DNA of 64,000 bases from Clostridia bacterium (GTDB lineage: Bacteria > Bacillota > Clostridia > UMGS1883): NCBI GenBank assembly GCA_045660765.1, contig JAZREK010000026.1, positions 360 to 64,359 on the forward strand, read 5' to 3'. Positions within the stretch are counted from its first letter, which is position 1. Each line of letters opens with the position of its first letter. Below, piece by piece: positions 1 through 9,710 of the stretch. The notes beneath the pieces were generated by a model. That model saw nothing but the letters and a program-made list of their open reading frames with translations. It was not told the origin of the DNA and searched no databases. A program made the position numbers and the translations under genes.

Positions 1-1212
1 AGCGTGTGCAAGGACAGAATCAGCATTAACCTCTGTCATCTTACCTGTAATATCAAAGAGAGTTATTCCGTCGCTTGCGTACATTTTTGCGCCAGAGGGG
101 TCAGCTGCAGACGGAAGCACGATAAGCACGTCGCCGGGGAAAACATCCTTAAATGAAATCTTCTCAGTAGCGTCGCCTTTAAAACGAGCCTTGTGCGAGT
201 CGTCAATCTTCTTTCCGCCGTAAAGACCGGGTATTACGATACTTGTATAGCTTTCAGTATTGGCAAGAGTTGTATCAACGAAAAGTGCATTTGCTACTGC
301 AGGTGCATGTTCGGCAATAGAATTGTTAAGGCTGAATGCAACTCTGAAATAGTATGCAAGAAGGTCTTTACCGGTAAACTCTGAATTGCGAAGAGCGTGC
401 ATTGCCTGAACGACTTTTTCCATATCGTAGTCGTTAAAGGTTACTCCAATATAAACATCTTCGCAGGGAATCTTGTTTCCAAGATACTCTGCGCCATCGG
501 ATACGATGGGAGTGCCGCGCTTTGCAAGATCGTCAGTTACTGTAACTGCGTAAGAAAGTGTTTTTGTTTCGCCTGCAGCTACATCTACGCTGAATGTAAG
601 GTTGTCACCGTCTACAACAGCGTCGCCACTTTTATATGTAGTAAGTGCGGGAACCTTGTCAGTAATATCAAACTGTTTTGCTTCTTCTGTACCGTTCTTT
701 ACTGTGAAAGTATAGGTAACGGTGTCGCCGGGATGAACAGTTCTTAAGTATTTATGAGAAGATTCCTTTGCAACTGTAAGGGTATTGGTTAAAATAACAA
801 CTGTGCGTGTGCTATCAATCCAGTCAACCTTTAAGCCGAATGATTCGGAAATCGCTCTTACCGGAACGAGAGTTCGGTCAGAAACAATAGTTGCAGGAGA
901 GTCAAGTGTAACTTCCTCACCATTCACATACATTATGGGAGAGTCAATGGTAAGCGTGATTGTCTTATCCCCTTTTGTTGATGTTACTGTGCGTGTAGCA
1001 TCGTCCCAGGAAACTTCTGCACCGAGTGCCTCGAAAATAGCACGAAGCGGAACCATAGTTCTGTCGTTAATTATCTGAGGCTGAACGTCAAATTCGATTT
1101 TTTCTCCGTCAAGTGTTACTGTTACATCGCTGTTTGCCATAGTAGCGGGCACAGCAGAGATAAGAAGTAACATTGCCAAGAAAACAGATAAAATTTTTCT
1201 GATATTTTTCAT
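1..1212 (-). CDS. Secreted protein with two copper-amine-oxidase N-terminal-like 'stalk' repeats. The 3' end is truncated by the window edge.
   Basis: Reverse-strand ORF starts at ATG 1212 with an AAAGGGTGA SD; MKNIRKILSVFLAMLLLISAVPATMA reads as a signal peptide. It has repeated DRT[ML]VP[LV]RAI..G..V.W motifs. No stop occurs before position 1, which is probably why it is absent from the ORF track; the listed plus-strand ORFs at 193-1078 are its shadow frames. Confidence 0.6.
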   Translation of the reverse strand, partial: MKNIRKILSVFLAMLLLISAVPATMANSDVTVTLDGEKIEFDVQPQIINDRTMVPLRAIFEALGAEVSWDDATRTVTSTKGDKTITLTIDSPIMYVNGEEVTLDSPATIVSDRTLVPVRAISESFGLKVDWIDSTRTVVILTNTLTVAKESSHKYLRTVHPGDTVTYTFTVKNGTEEAKQFDITDKVPALTTYKSGDAVVDGDNLTFSVDVAAGETKTLSYAVTVTDDLAKRGTPIVSDGAEYLGNKIPCEDVYIGVTFNDYDMEKVVQAMHALRNSEFTGKDLLAYYFRVAFSLNNSIAEHAPAVANALFVDTTLANTESYTSIVIPGLYGGKKIDDSHKARFKGDATEKISFKDVFPGDVLIVLPSAADPSGAKMYASDGITLFDITGKMTEVNADSVLAHA

Positions 1213-1263
1213 ATCATTTCACCCTTTCTTTGTGGTCGCCCATAATTTAAACCACTCTATAAT

Positions 1264-1292
1264 ATTATACCTTACCTTACAACTATTGTCAA
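1264..1292 (-). promoter_or_regulatory. Sigma-A promoter (TTGACA-17-TATAAT) for the 1..1212 gene
   Basis: Reverse complement reads TTGACAatagttgtaaggtaaggTATAAT ~50 nt upstream of the ATG. Confidence 0.6.
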
Positions 1293-1326
1293 TAAAATCT
1301 TCCATTCTCATCTCGGCAATTCGCAA

Positions 1327-1369
1327 TAAAAAAGCCGTTTGCAATTCATACTACAAACGGCTTTTTTTA
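1327..1369. terminator. Rho-independent terminator hairpin (AAAGCCGTTTG / CAAACGGCTTT) flanked by A and T runs
   Basis: Perfect 11-bp stem directly after the stop of the 1367..1984 gene; U-tract on the minus-strand reading. Confidence 0.7.
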
Positions 1370-1984
1370 ACCTTGAAAATCAAGGTTTTCTTCATTTTTA
1401 TACGCTATTACCTTTGCCGGCACACCGCCCACAATAGCGTTTTCCGGGACATCTTTTATAACAACAGCTCCTGCTGCGGCAAGGCTGTTTTTATGCATAG
1501 TCACATCGCCAAGAACTTTTGCTCCGCATGTTACGGAAACATTGTCCTCGAGCACGGGAGAAAGCTCTCCCTTGAATCCGATAGTTACCTGCTGATATAT
1601 TCGGCAGTTCTTACCAATTTTCTTTGCACTTATAATAGTGGAAAACCCATGCTGTATATACAATCCACCACCTATTTCAACAGTGTTTATGTAAAGGCTG
1701 TCCAATGGTTTCCAAAATACTCTTCCAAGCGCGTAATGTATCATCGTTACAATCGAGCGAGTCGGATTTTTCAAACGATGCAGTATAAGATTACGAAACT
1801 CTTTCTTATATGTCATATACCAGTTAAGAGATTTGAAAAGTCCCATATTTTCACCATTTATCTCGTTCCATCTTGTAATGTCTTCACAAATCAGTTTTTT
1901 ATGCGGAGAACAAAGCGCACACAAATAAACCACAAGCGTTCTCGGATAGTTTATAACCGCAAATACTCTTTTTAACTTTTTCAT
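1367..1984 (-). CDS. Hexapeptide-repeat (LbH) acetyltransferase, CysE/WbbJ-like; polysaccharide O-acetyltransferase
   Basis: C-terminal hexapeptide repeats (GENVSVTCGAKVLGDVTMHKNSLAAAGAVVIKDVPENAIVGGVPAKVI); first gene of a polysaccharide locus. Confidence 0.7.
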   Translation of the reverse strand: MKKLKRVFAVINYPRTLVVYLCALCSPHKKLICEDITRWNEINGENMGLFKSLNWYMTYKKEFRNLILHRLKNPTRSIVTMIHYALGRVFWKPLDSLYINTVEIGGGLYIQHGFSTIISAKKIGKNCRIYQQVTIGFKGELSPVLEDNVSVTCGAKVLGDVTMHKNSLAAAGAVVIKDVPENAIVGGVPAKVIAYKNEENLDFQG

Positions 1985-1985
1985 T

Positions 1986-2984
1986 TTACTTTTTCCCTTT
2001 CAACGCTTTATATGTTTTGGCAGGAAAAAAGAAGAAATCCAAAAACTTGATTTTCTTTGCAATCTGTGATGCCAAAACTGAAAATACGATTCCACACACA
2101 GTTCCCAGGGCAACATGTATCCACCACTGCGTCACGTTCACACGAAGAAGAAGGATTCTTACACCTGCAGTAAATATTGTGTGGAGCAGGTACGTTTGGA
2201 AAGAATACTTGTTCATAAATCCAAGGAAAGTGGATACTAATTTACAATTCTGCAACAAGGAAATAAACATTATACTTGAATAAATTCCAAGCAGTATCAT
2301 AAATTCTTTAACAAACGTAGTTTCTATTTTGTCTAACGATACAAAAATAACTCCGGCCACTATATGCGTGAACACGAATATCCATTTTGCCCAGGTGGGA
2401 GGATTTGATATTTTTTTAAAGCCAACAGATGTTCCTACACCAAAAGCAAGTGCAGAAGAAAAAACAGTTCCTAAAAAGCCGAGAGAACCTCCGCAAAGAG
2501 GAACTATATATCCTGTCAGTACAACGATAAGTGTAATTTGCCAATTTTTAATTAGACCAGAAAAAACAGTCCATATTACAAACAAAAAGAAAAGTGCATA
2601 TAAAAACCAATATTGAGCAACGGGAGCTTTCCATATATAGAGTATATCAGAAACCTTGAACTCTGTGTTCACGCCTCCTACAAAGCTGTTTATCAAAATA
2701 TACACAACCGAAAAAGTTAAGTAAGGAACTCCGAGATTCAAAAGTTTATGCAGTATGAATCCCGATTTTGTTTTTTTGCCTTTCCACTCCCCTGTTTCTC
2801 TATATACAACACCACTCAAAAACAAGAAAAGTGCAACATGAAAAGACCATATGAATTTTTCCATACCTTCAAAAAATTGTGGAATGTTTATTTCGGCAAG
2901 TCTTATTCCCATAATAACATGACCGAAAAGCACCAGAAAACACGCGTAGCCTTTCAACTTGTCAACAAGAACATTTCTTTCCAT
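1986..2984 (-). CDS. Acyltransferase family 3 (OafA/OatA-like) integral membrane O-acyltransferase
   Basis: ~10 TM helices and an N-terminal motif typical of acyl_transf_3. Confidence 0.7.
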   Translation of the reverse strand: MERNVLVDKLKGYACFLVLFGHVIMGIRLAEINIPQFFEGMEKFIWSFHVALFLFLSGVVYRETGEWKGKKTKSGFILHKLLNLGVPYLTFSVVYILINSFVGGVNTEFKVSDILYIWKAPVAQYWFLYALFFLFVIWTVFSGLIKNWQITLIVVLTGYIVPLCGGSLGFLGTVFSSALAFGVGTSVGFKKISNPPTWAKWIFVFTHIVAGVIFVSLDKIETTFVKEFMILLGIYSSIMFISLLQNCKLVSTFLGFMNKYSFQTYLLHTIFTAGVRILLLRVNVTQWWIHVALGTVCGIVFSVLASQIAKKIKFLDFFFFPAKTYKALKGKK

Positions 2985-3006
2985 ATTACACCTCCTAAGC
3001 TAAATT

Positions 3007-3930
3007 TCAGTCTTTTTTGCTTTTACAGGATGTCGATACAATGTACTTAGGTCTTCCCTTTATTTCCTCATAAATACGAGCAACGTAATACCCGATTATG
3101 CCAAGACTTATCATCATTATACTACCGATAAAAATAAGGATAATGATAACCGTTGTCATACCTTCAAGCGCACGTCCACTGATTTTATCAATAAGCGCCC
3201 AAACGCCAAAAATCACAGTTAGTATAAGCATTATCAGTCCCAGCACTGTTACGATTTGCATTGGAGCAGTTGAATAGGCGGAAATATTTGAGATGGCGTA
3301 TTTCAATAGACCTTTGGTAGACCATTTTGAAACACCTTCCTGCCTTTCATTCACCTCAAACTCAACTGTTGCCTTGTTGTAACCTACCCAAAACGAAATT
3401 GCTCTGAAAAAGCCTTTTTTCTCGGGGATACGATTAAGTATATCTACTACTTTGCGGTCAAGGAGTTTAAAATCCGAAGCGTTTGACATATCAAAACCAA
3501 CAACTTTGCTTATAATGGAGTAGAAGCTCTTTGCAGCCCAGCCACGGAATTTACCTTCGTCGCCTCGAGAAATCTTTATTCCTTCAACTATTTCGTATCC
3601 TTCCTGCCACAGACGATACATTTCAACAATTTTCTCCGGGGGATGCTGAAGGTCACAATCAATTACGACAACACAGTCGCCTACTGCACCTGCCAGACCT
3701 GCAGAAATGGCTGCTTCCTTTCCGAAATTTCTAGAAAAATGAAGTCCTGCTATGTTATTTTCTGTATCTGTGAGAGATTTGATTTTTTTATATGTATTGT
3801 CAGTTGAACCGTCGTCAATAAAAATAATTTCATTTTCAATATCAGCATTTTTTAAAATTTCAGATATTGTATGATAAGCTCGTTCAACAGACTCTTCCTC
3901 GTTATATGCGGGAATGATTACGGACAGCAT
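3007..3930 (-). CDS. gtrB: GT2 polyprenyl-phosphate glycosyltransferase, GtrB/DPM1-like (N-terminal GT-A domain plus two C-terminal TM helices)
   Basis: MLSVIIPAYNEEESV...IFIDDGSTDNT...DCDLQHPPE motifs; C-terminal TM helices typical of GtrB/ArnC. Confidence 0.7.
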   Translation of the reverse strand: MLSVIIPAYNEEESVERAYHTISEILKNADIENEIIFIDDGSTDNTYKKIKSLTDTENNIAGLHFSRNFGKEAAISAGLAGAVGDCVVVIDCDLQHPPEKIVEMYRLWQEGYEIVEGIKISRGDEGKFRGWAAKSFYSIISKVVGFDMSNASDFKLLDRKVVDILNRIPEKKGFFRAISFWVGYNKATVEFEVNERQEGVSKWSTKGLLKYAISNISAYSTAPMQIVTVLGLIMLILTVIFGVWALIDKISGRALEGMTTVIIILIFIGSIMMISLGIIGYYVARIYEEIKGRPKYIVSTSCKSKKD

Positions 3931-5307
3931 TTAAACACCTCCTGTGTTTTCGTCGAACAATTTTTCAAGCTTTGTCACCGGCATTGGTTTGTAGTAATAA
4001 TAACCCTGAAGCATATCACAACCAGCTCTTATTACCGCTTTTTCTTGTTCTTTTGTTTCAATTCCTTCACACAATGTCTTGAATCCAATATCCTTAGATG
4101 TACGAATAATGTTTTTCAAAATGATGAATCCAGTATCAGTTGTGGCATTTTGCGTTATTTTTTTATCAATTTTCACGGTTGTGATATCAAGATTCTGCAA
4201 ATCGCCAAAAGTTGTATAACCACTTCCAAAGTCATCGAGTAAAATTGATATTCCCTTTTCTTTAAGGATTGACAGATTTTTTATCATCTGTTTTCTGGCT
4301 TCACCCACTATATTTTTATCCTCAAGAATTTCTATTGCTACACAAGAAAAAGCAACTTCGTATTTTTGTGCAATTGCAATTATTTTTTCGGCAAACTCCG
4401 GTTCACACAATGTTGTTCTGGAGAAGTTTATGGTATATTTGTACTTTTCGCGTTGGAGTTTGTCGTTAGCAATCCATTTGCAATTTTTCTCAAAAATATA
4501 ATAATCAAACTTATCGTTAAGTCCTACTGAATTCAGTGCGGATAAAAAACTTCTGGGAGTAAGAACGCCGTCGCTTTCCGAATTAAGACGAGACAGAACC
4601 TCGGCACCTATTATTTTTTTGGTTCGCGCATCCAGGACTGGCTGATACTCGAGGAAAAAGCGGTTATTGTCAATTTCACGCTCTATATTGTTCTCGATTT
4701 TAATTTTTTTCTCAAGCTCTTTGCCGCTGCTGACATCCCACTGCTCATAGGATATTTTTTTATTTTTCGCAAGCATACATGCCTGTTTCGCACGTCCTAT
4801 TGCCTCGTCAAACGACACTTGTGTACCAAGTGCAAAATAAGAACCCGTTTTCAATCCAACAACACTCAGCGCATTATATTTCAAAAATATTTTATTAAGT
4901 TCTGATATACTTTCTTCAACGGTTTTGCGCGCAGTTTCAGGCTCCCATTTTGCGAGCACTACGAAATTTTTGTCTCCGTAAGAAGAAATCCAGCTTTCTT
5001 CCTCGGAAAAAGAATTAAGCAAAGTGCGTTTTATTTCGAAAAAAACTTCTGAAGTTTCTTCCTCGCTATACAAATGGCGGAAATTGTCCAAAGATACATT
5101 AATATACAAAACACATCTGTTTTCGCGCAATTTGCCTGACTTTTCAAACTGATTTTCCATTTTGCTTATGCTTGTAAATTCTTTCTCGTCATTGCCTGTT
5201 GCTGTTTTTACTCCACGCATAGCAAAATATATACCGATTGCAGTAATTAAAACAAAGCACAGTATGAAAATCGTTATAATTATGTACGGATATTCAAAAA
5301 GTTGCAT
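3931..5307 (-). CDS. Membrane-anchored c-di-GMP phosphodiesterase: TM, degenerate GGDEF-like domain, EAL domain
   Basis: N-terminal TM helix. The middle region has the GGDEF fold signature but a degenerate motif (SYGDKNF). The EAL domain has the EYQPV...EVLSR...DDFGSGYT...EGIET motifs. Confidence 0.75.
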   Translation of the reverse strand: MQLFEYPYIIITIFILCFVLITAIGIYFAMRGVKTATGNDEKEFTSISKMENQFEKSGKLRENRCVLYINVSLDNFRHLYSEEETSEVFFEIKRTLLNSFSEEESWISSYGDKNFVVLAKWEPETARKTVEESISELNKIFLKYNALSVVGLKTGSYFALGTQVSFDEAIGRAKQACMLAKNKKISYEQWDVSSGKELEKKIKIENNIEREIDNNRFFLEYQPVLDARTKKIIGAEVLSRLNSESDGVLTPRSFLSALNSVGLNDKFDYYIFEKNCKWIANDKLQREKYKYTINFSRTTLCEPEFAEKIIAIAQKYEVAFSCVAIEILEDKNIVGEARKQMIKNLSILKEKGISILLDDFGSGYTTFGDLQNLDITTVKIDKKITQNATTDTGFIILKNIIRTSKDIGFKTLCEGIETKEQEKAVIRAGCDMLQGYYYYKPMPVTKLEKLFDENTGGV

Positions 5308-5324
5308 ACATTAAGCTCCTAAAT

Positions 5325-6404
5325 TTATCTTTTTGAAAACGTTGGAAATTCCAATGTTCCACCTGATTGCATAAGGCCGATTTTATTCGCGGCATCTATG
5401 CACTTATTGCCGTCACGGCGAGCTCTTTTCTTGCGGTCAGGAATTTCCTTCATAAGAAAAGGTATCCCAAACGAAAGCATAGCTTTTACAAGGTCGCTCT
5501 TTTTAAGGCCTCTTCTCTTGTATTCTGCTAAAATTTCAAACATTGCGTAGTTAAGTGCCTCGTCAGTAAAAGCTTTGGTTTTTTTATTAACTGATTTCAG
5601 CCACTTGTAAAATTCGCAGAATTTATTTACATCTTTATTATCTCGGAAATAAACCCCTTTTATATAAAACGCTTCCTGCTCGCTATCCATTGGAGCAAGC
5701 AGTTCTGCCATATATTTCTTCTGAATTGCAACAACCTCTCTATACTGCTTTCCAAGTGTTGTTTCGGTAATTTGTTTGTCGTGCAGGCGGTATATCATAA
5801 GGTATTCAGACATAATTTCAATCTTTTGTCCAGAAAGAACAAACCTTGTCCAAAGCTCCATATCCTCGGTACAGGTGAAGGTTTTATCGTACCCAAGATT
5901 TCTTATTACGTCCGCCTTTGCAATAATCCCCGGATGAAGAATCGGGTTGGTAACTAAAAGCAACGCTTTGAGTGATTCATTATCACTTTTACCCCCGCAT
6001 CCACCCGAAGAGATAACTCCATTTTTAAGAGTCATAAATCTGCACGAAGACAATGCAACATCAGAATTTTCTTCCATAAAGGCGTATTGTTTTTCAAGCC
6101 TGTCAGGAAGGCAGATGTCATCGGCATCCATTCGTGCGATATACTTACCCTGTGCAAATGTCATCGCTCTGTTAAGTGATGAAGGAAGCCTTAAATTAAC
6201 CTCGTTGGGATATACTTTTACACGTGCATCTTTTAATGCGAATTTTTCAAGAATTTCTCCTGTTGAATCGGTGGAGCAATCGTTAATAACTATAAGTTCC
6301 CAATCGGTAAATCTTTGCTTTAAAACACTTTCAATTGCTTCTTCAAGATACTCTTCACCGTTATATACACTCATAATCAATGATATTTCAGGTGCTTTAT
6401 TCAT
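5325..6404 (-). CDS. Glycosyltransferase family 2
   Basis: ISLIMSVYNGEEYL...VINDCSTD...DADD motifs. Confidence 0.75.
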   Translation of the reverse strand: MNKAPEISLIMSVYNGEEYLEEAIESVLKQRFTDWELIVINDCSTDSTGEILEKFALKDARVKVYPNEVNLRLPSSLNRAMTFAQGKYIARMDADDICLPDRLEKQYAFMEENSDVALSSCRFMTLKNGVISSGGCGGKSDNESLKALLLVTNPILHPGIIAKADVIRNLGYDKTFTCTEDMELWTRFVLSGQKIEIMSEYLMIYRLHDKQITETTLGKQYREVVAIQKKYMAELLAPMDSEQEAFYIKGVYFRDNKDVNKFCEFYKWLKSVNKKTKAFTDEALNYAMFEILAEYKRRGLKKSDLVKAMLSFGIPFLMKEIPDRKKRARRDGNKCIDAANKIGLMQSGGTLEFPTFSKR

Positions 6405-7426
6405 CTTTTACCACCCCTTCTTATTTTTTTAATCTGCTTGCATAAAAACAAAAAATAAAATGTCAGGCGAATCATATTTCTCTTCATCAGGAAAAGACTG
6501 ATACGCGTTTTGATTGTTATATTTTCAAAATCAGCCTTCTTTATCTCTTCTTTATGCACGGATTCTGTTATAAGCTTTTTTAGTTCATTTATAGAGCCGA
6601 AATGGTTCCCTTCTGCGGCTGCCGCCAAAATAGCAAAGCACATAAAGAAGGAATATCGGGAAATCTGTTTGGAAAAATCGCCCGGCTTTTTTATGTCAAG
6701 ATTTCTCAATCCGATGATTGTATCGGCTATTTGTGTTATCTGTGCTGTTTTGAAATTCGTTGTAAGAGAATCGTTTCGTACAGTATACAGATATATAGGT
6801 TTTTTACTCATATAAACTGTATCTGAATCCAGATAGCAAGGAGTGGTACAGCTTACATCCTCGCCTTGTGAAATTTTAGTGTTTACAATAAGCTGATACT
6901 TTGTTGCAAGTTCTCTTTTTATAGCTTTTCCCCATAAAAAGTAGAAAAGGTTTTTCATATCCTTGTTAGACAGAAGATTCGGATAAATCTTTTTCTCCAT
7001 ATCTTGTTTAGTATATAATCCCTCATCAACAAGGTCTTCAACAACCTCGCCTACAACTCCGTCAATACAGCGTTTGTGCGAAAACGAAACGATATCGGGG
7101 CTGTGCTTTTTTATAATTTCGTATGCGCTTTCAAGTGCATCAGGCAAAACAGCGTCGTCTCCGTCAAGATGGAATACATAATCGCCGACAGCCTCCTTTA
7201 TTCCCGCCTGTCTTGCACTTACAAGGCCGCCATTCTCTTTATGAATGACCTTAATTCTTTTATCCTTTGCGGCGTATTCATCACAAATTGTGCCACAATT
7301 ATCCGGAGATCCGTCATCCACCAATATAAGCTCATAATCTGCAAAGGACTGTGCAAGCACACTGTCAATACATCTTGTGAGGTATTTTTCAATATTGTAT
7401 ATTGGAACGATTACTGAAAACAACAT
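6401..7426 (-). CDS. Glycosyltransferase family 2
   Basis: FSVIVPIYNIEKYL...LVDDGSPD...DGDD motifs; 4-nt overlap with the upstream gene. Confidence 0.75.
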   Translation of the reverse strand: MLFSVIVPIYNIEKYLTRCIDSVLAQSFADYELILVDDGSPDNCGTICDEYAAKDKRIKVIHKENGGLVSARQAGIKEAVGDYVFHLDGDDAVLPDALESAYEIIKKHSPDIVSFSHKRCIDGVVGEVVEDLVDEGLYTKQDMEKKIYPNLLSNKDMKNLFYFLWGKAIKRELATKYQLIVNTKISQGEDVSCTTPCYLDSDTVYMSKKPIYLYTVRNDSLTTNFKTAQITQIADTIIGLRNLDIKKPGDFSKQISRYSFFMCFAILAAAAEGNHFGSINELKKLITESVHKEEIKKADFENITIKTRISLFLMKRNMIRLTFYFLFLCKQIKKIRRGGKR

Positions 7427-7437
7427 ACTATTAACTC

Positions 7438-8502
7438 CTATTTTGCTCTGATTTCCACCATGATTTTTTGCATAAAGTAGAGCTTGTATTTCATAGCAAA
7501 TGCAAATGCAGCCTGCTTTTTAGGCAATTTATGCCACGGATATGAATTTAAAGTTTTTGTGATTTTTTCGCTTGCACAAATTTTTTCAAGTCTTTCACGA
7601 AGTGCTCTATATCCTGTCTTTTGTTCGCGCGCATACATGATTTCCTGCGAACATAAAATTCTGCCGTATCCTTGAATAAGTCTGTCCAGATATAGCGCAT
7701 ACTCTTCTTTTTTTAGCACTTCTTTGATATGTTCTTCAATCTCAGATAAAAAGATTAAGACTTTTTCAAAACGGTCACTTTTGTAGGATTTAGAAAATGA
7801 TTCATCATTTCTTCTGTAACGATAGAATGTGCCGGGAATTCCCACCGCTTTTTTTGTATACTTGATGTAGTCTACCATAAAGATGGCATCCTCGCTCATC
7901 ACTTTGCGTTCGGACAAAAATCTGACTTTTGCATCATTAAGCAAAGAGCGTCTGAAGATATTTTTGCATACACTAACTCCATAGCGACTATCATCAGGTT
8001 CGTCGGGTAATGCACCAACTACTCCTAAAAGAAGCGGTTTTATTTCTGTATTCTCGAAAATCGTTTCTTTGTCAAAATAATTTTTCTCGGTGTATTCGCC
8101 TTCTTTACTGAAGGTATTTCCACCCACAAAACTGATTCCGGACATAACAAGATCGGCATCATTCTTATTGGCTGCATCATAAAGTTTTTCATACATTTGG
8201 GGAGCAACAAAATCGTCCGAATCGACAAATCCCACATACTCTCCGCTCGAAGCATCAACACCGCAATTTCTTGCGATACCTTGTCCCTCGTTAATTTTAT
8301 GTATAACCTTTATACGCTCATCATTTTTTGCAATTTCATCACACAAAAGAGCGCACTCCTCTTTGGAGCCATCGTCAATTATAATGATTTCAATTTCCTC
8401 AAGTGTCTGTGCGGTTAAGGAATCAATACATTGTTTTAGGTATTTTTCTGTATTATATACGGGTACGACAATGCTCACTTTTGGTGATGTCATTCTTTTC
8501 AC
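7438..8502 (-). CDS. Glycosyltransferase family 2
   Basis: VSIVVPVYNTEKYL...IIDDGS...DSDD motifs. Confidence 0.75.
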   Translation of the reverse strand: MKRMTSPKVSIVVPVYNTEKYLKQCIDSLTAQTLEEIEIIIIDDGSKEECALLCDEIAKNDERIKVIHKINEGQGIARNCGVDASSGEYVGFVDSDDFVAPQMYEKLYDAANKNDADLVMSGISFVGGNTFSKEGEYTEKNYFDKETIFENTEIKPLLLGVVGALPDEPDDSRYGVSVCKNIFRRSLLNDAKVRFLSERKVMSEDAIFMVDYIKYTKKAVGIPGTFYRYRRNDESFSKSYKSDRFEKVLIFLSEIEEHIKEVLKKEEYALYLDRLIQGYGRILCSQEIMYAREQKTGYRALRERLEKICASEKITKTLNSYPWHKLPKKQAAFAFAMKYKLYFMQKIMVEIRAK

Positions 8503-9710
8503 CTCTTATTTAAAAGGTCTTGGTATTTATCCATAAGAATATCACAGTAGTCTCCAACTTCGATAATCTTATCTCTCATTTCTTCGCAGTTCTTCTTTAT
8601 TGAACTGTAGAATTCTTCGTCTTCAAAGCACTTTTTGATTGCCTGTGCTATTGCCTCGGGAGTAGGTTCTTTAATGAGCAGTCCTGTTTTACCATCCTCA
8701 ACAAGTTCCGCCATACCGCCACTGTTCATTGTTAATACAGGAACGCCAAATGAATGGGTTTCGAGTATGTTCAAGGGGCAGTTTTCATACCACACAGAAG
8801 GCAGTATCATTACTCGTGCATTTGCAATCAAGGAAATAAGTTCATCTCCGGTAAGGAAACCTTTCATCGTAACATTCGGAATGTTTTTCAGACATTCATC
8901 GTCCGGGCCTGTTCCTGCTATAACAAAAGAATAATCGGGAAGCATTTTTGCCGCTTCGGACAAAATATCAATGCCTTTTTCCTTTGAAAGTCTGCTCGCA
9001 AAAGCAATATAGGGTTTTTCTGTAGCCACCTTTTCTGGAATAGGCTTCTTCTCAATAAAATTATGTATTGTGAAAGTCTTTCCCGAATAAACGTCAGAAG
9101 CACTTAAAAGCTTGCTTTCTAAAAATCTGCTCGGGCAGACATACAAATCTACTTTTTTGTAAGTTTTAAGTGTAGTATACAACTTGGCCTCAATTGCACC
9201 TATAATGCTTTTAATCTTTGAGCCGTGAATACAATTGTACTTAGCACAATTAAATTTCGAGCCGTTTATACAGCGTTCGCAAGGCTTTGTTTCGTCAAAA
9301 CTGTATAAAAGATGATTAGGACAAATCATCTGATAGTCGTGAACAGTCTGTACAAGGGGAATATTTCTCTTCTTGACAGCATAAATCACCGATGGTGTAA
9401 GCTGAAAATTGATATTATTCATATGAACTATATCAGGCTTGAAATCATCTAAAACTTTGCTGATTTTTCTATACGCTTCCACCGAATAGATTATCTTGAA
9501 CGGATAGAGAAATCTTGCCAAACCCTTTGAGTGAAAATCCATATTACCTGTATATAAACCGAGAGAATTTCCCACTGTATTATTTTCATCATACATGCCG
9601 AAGTATTCAACTTCGTGACCTTTGGCCTTGAGTTCTTCCGCAAGGTTCAACATATATGTTTCGCAACCGCCTCTTGGATAAAGGAACTTATTCACCATTA
9701 ATATTTTCAT
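8499..9710 (-). CDS. Glycosyltransferase family 4 (GT-B)
   Basis: MKILMVNKFLYPRGG N-terminus and a C-terminal GT1/GT4 E-x7-E region. Confidence 0.7.
   Translation of the reverse strand: MKILMVNKFLYPRGGCETYMLNLAEELKAKGHEVEYFGMYDENNTVGNSLGLYTGNMDFHSKGLARFLYPFKIIYSVEAYRKISKVLDDFKPDIVHMNNINFQLTPSVIYAVKKRNIPLVQTVHDYQMICPNHLLYSFDETKPCERCINGSKFNCAKYNCIHGSKIKSIIGAIEAKLYTTLKTYKKVDLYVCPSRFLESKLLSASDVYSGKTFTIHNFIEKKPIPEKVATEKPYIAFASRLSKEKGIDILSEAAKMLPDYSFVIAGTGPDDECLKNIPNVTMKGFLTGDELISLIANARVMILPSVWYENCPLNILETHSFGVPVLTMNSGGMAELVEDGKTGLLIKEPTPEAIAQAIKKCFEDEEFYSSIKKNCEEMRDKIIEVGDYCDILMDKYQDLLNKR

Noticed and set aside
193-1078. Three plus-strand ORFs (63-116 aa) in the ORF track
   Set aside because: They lie antisense within the long minus-strand secreted-protein gene (1..1212) and have no SD or homology signal. 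They are shadow frames.
1232-1975. 247-aa plus-strand ORF
   Set aside because: Antisense to the hexapeptide acetyltransferase gene; the low-complexity, Cys/Phe-rich translation is typical of AT-rich shadow ORFs.
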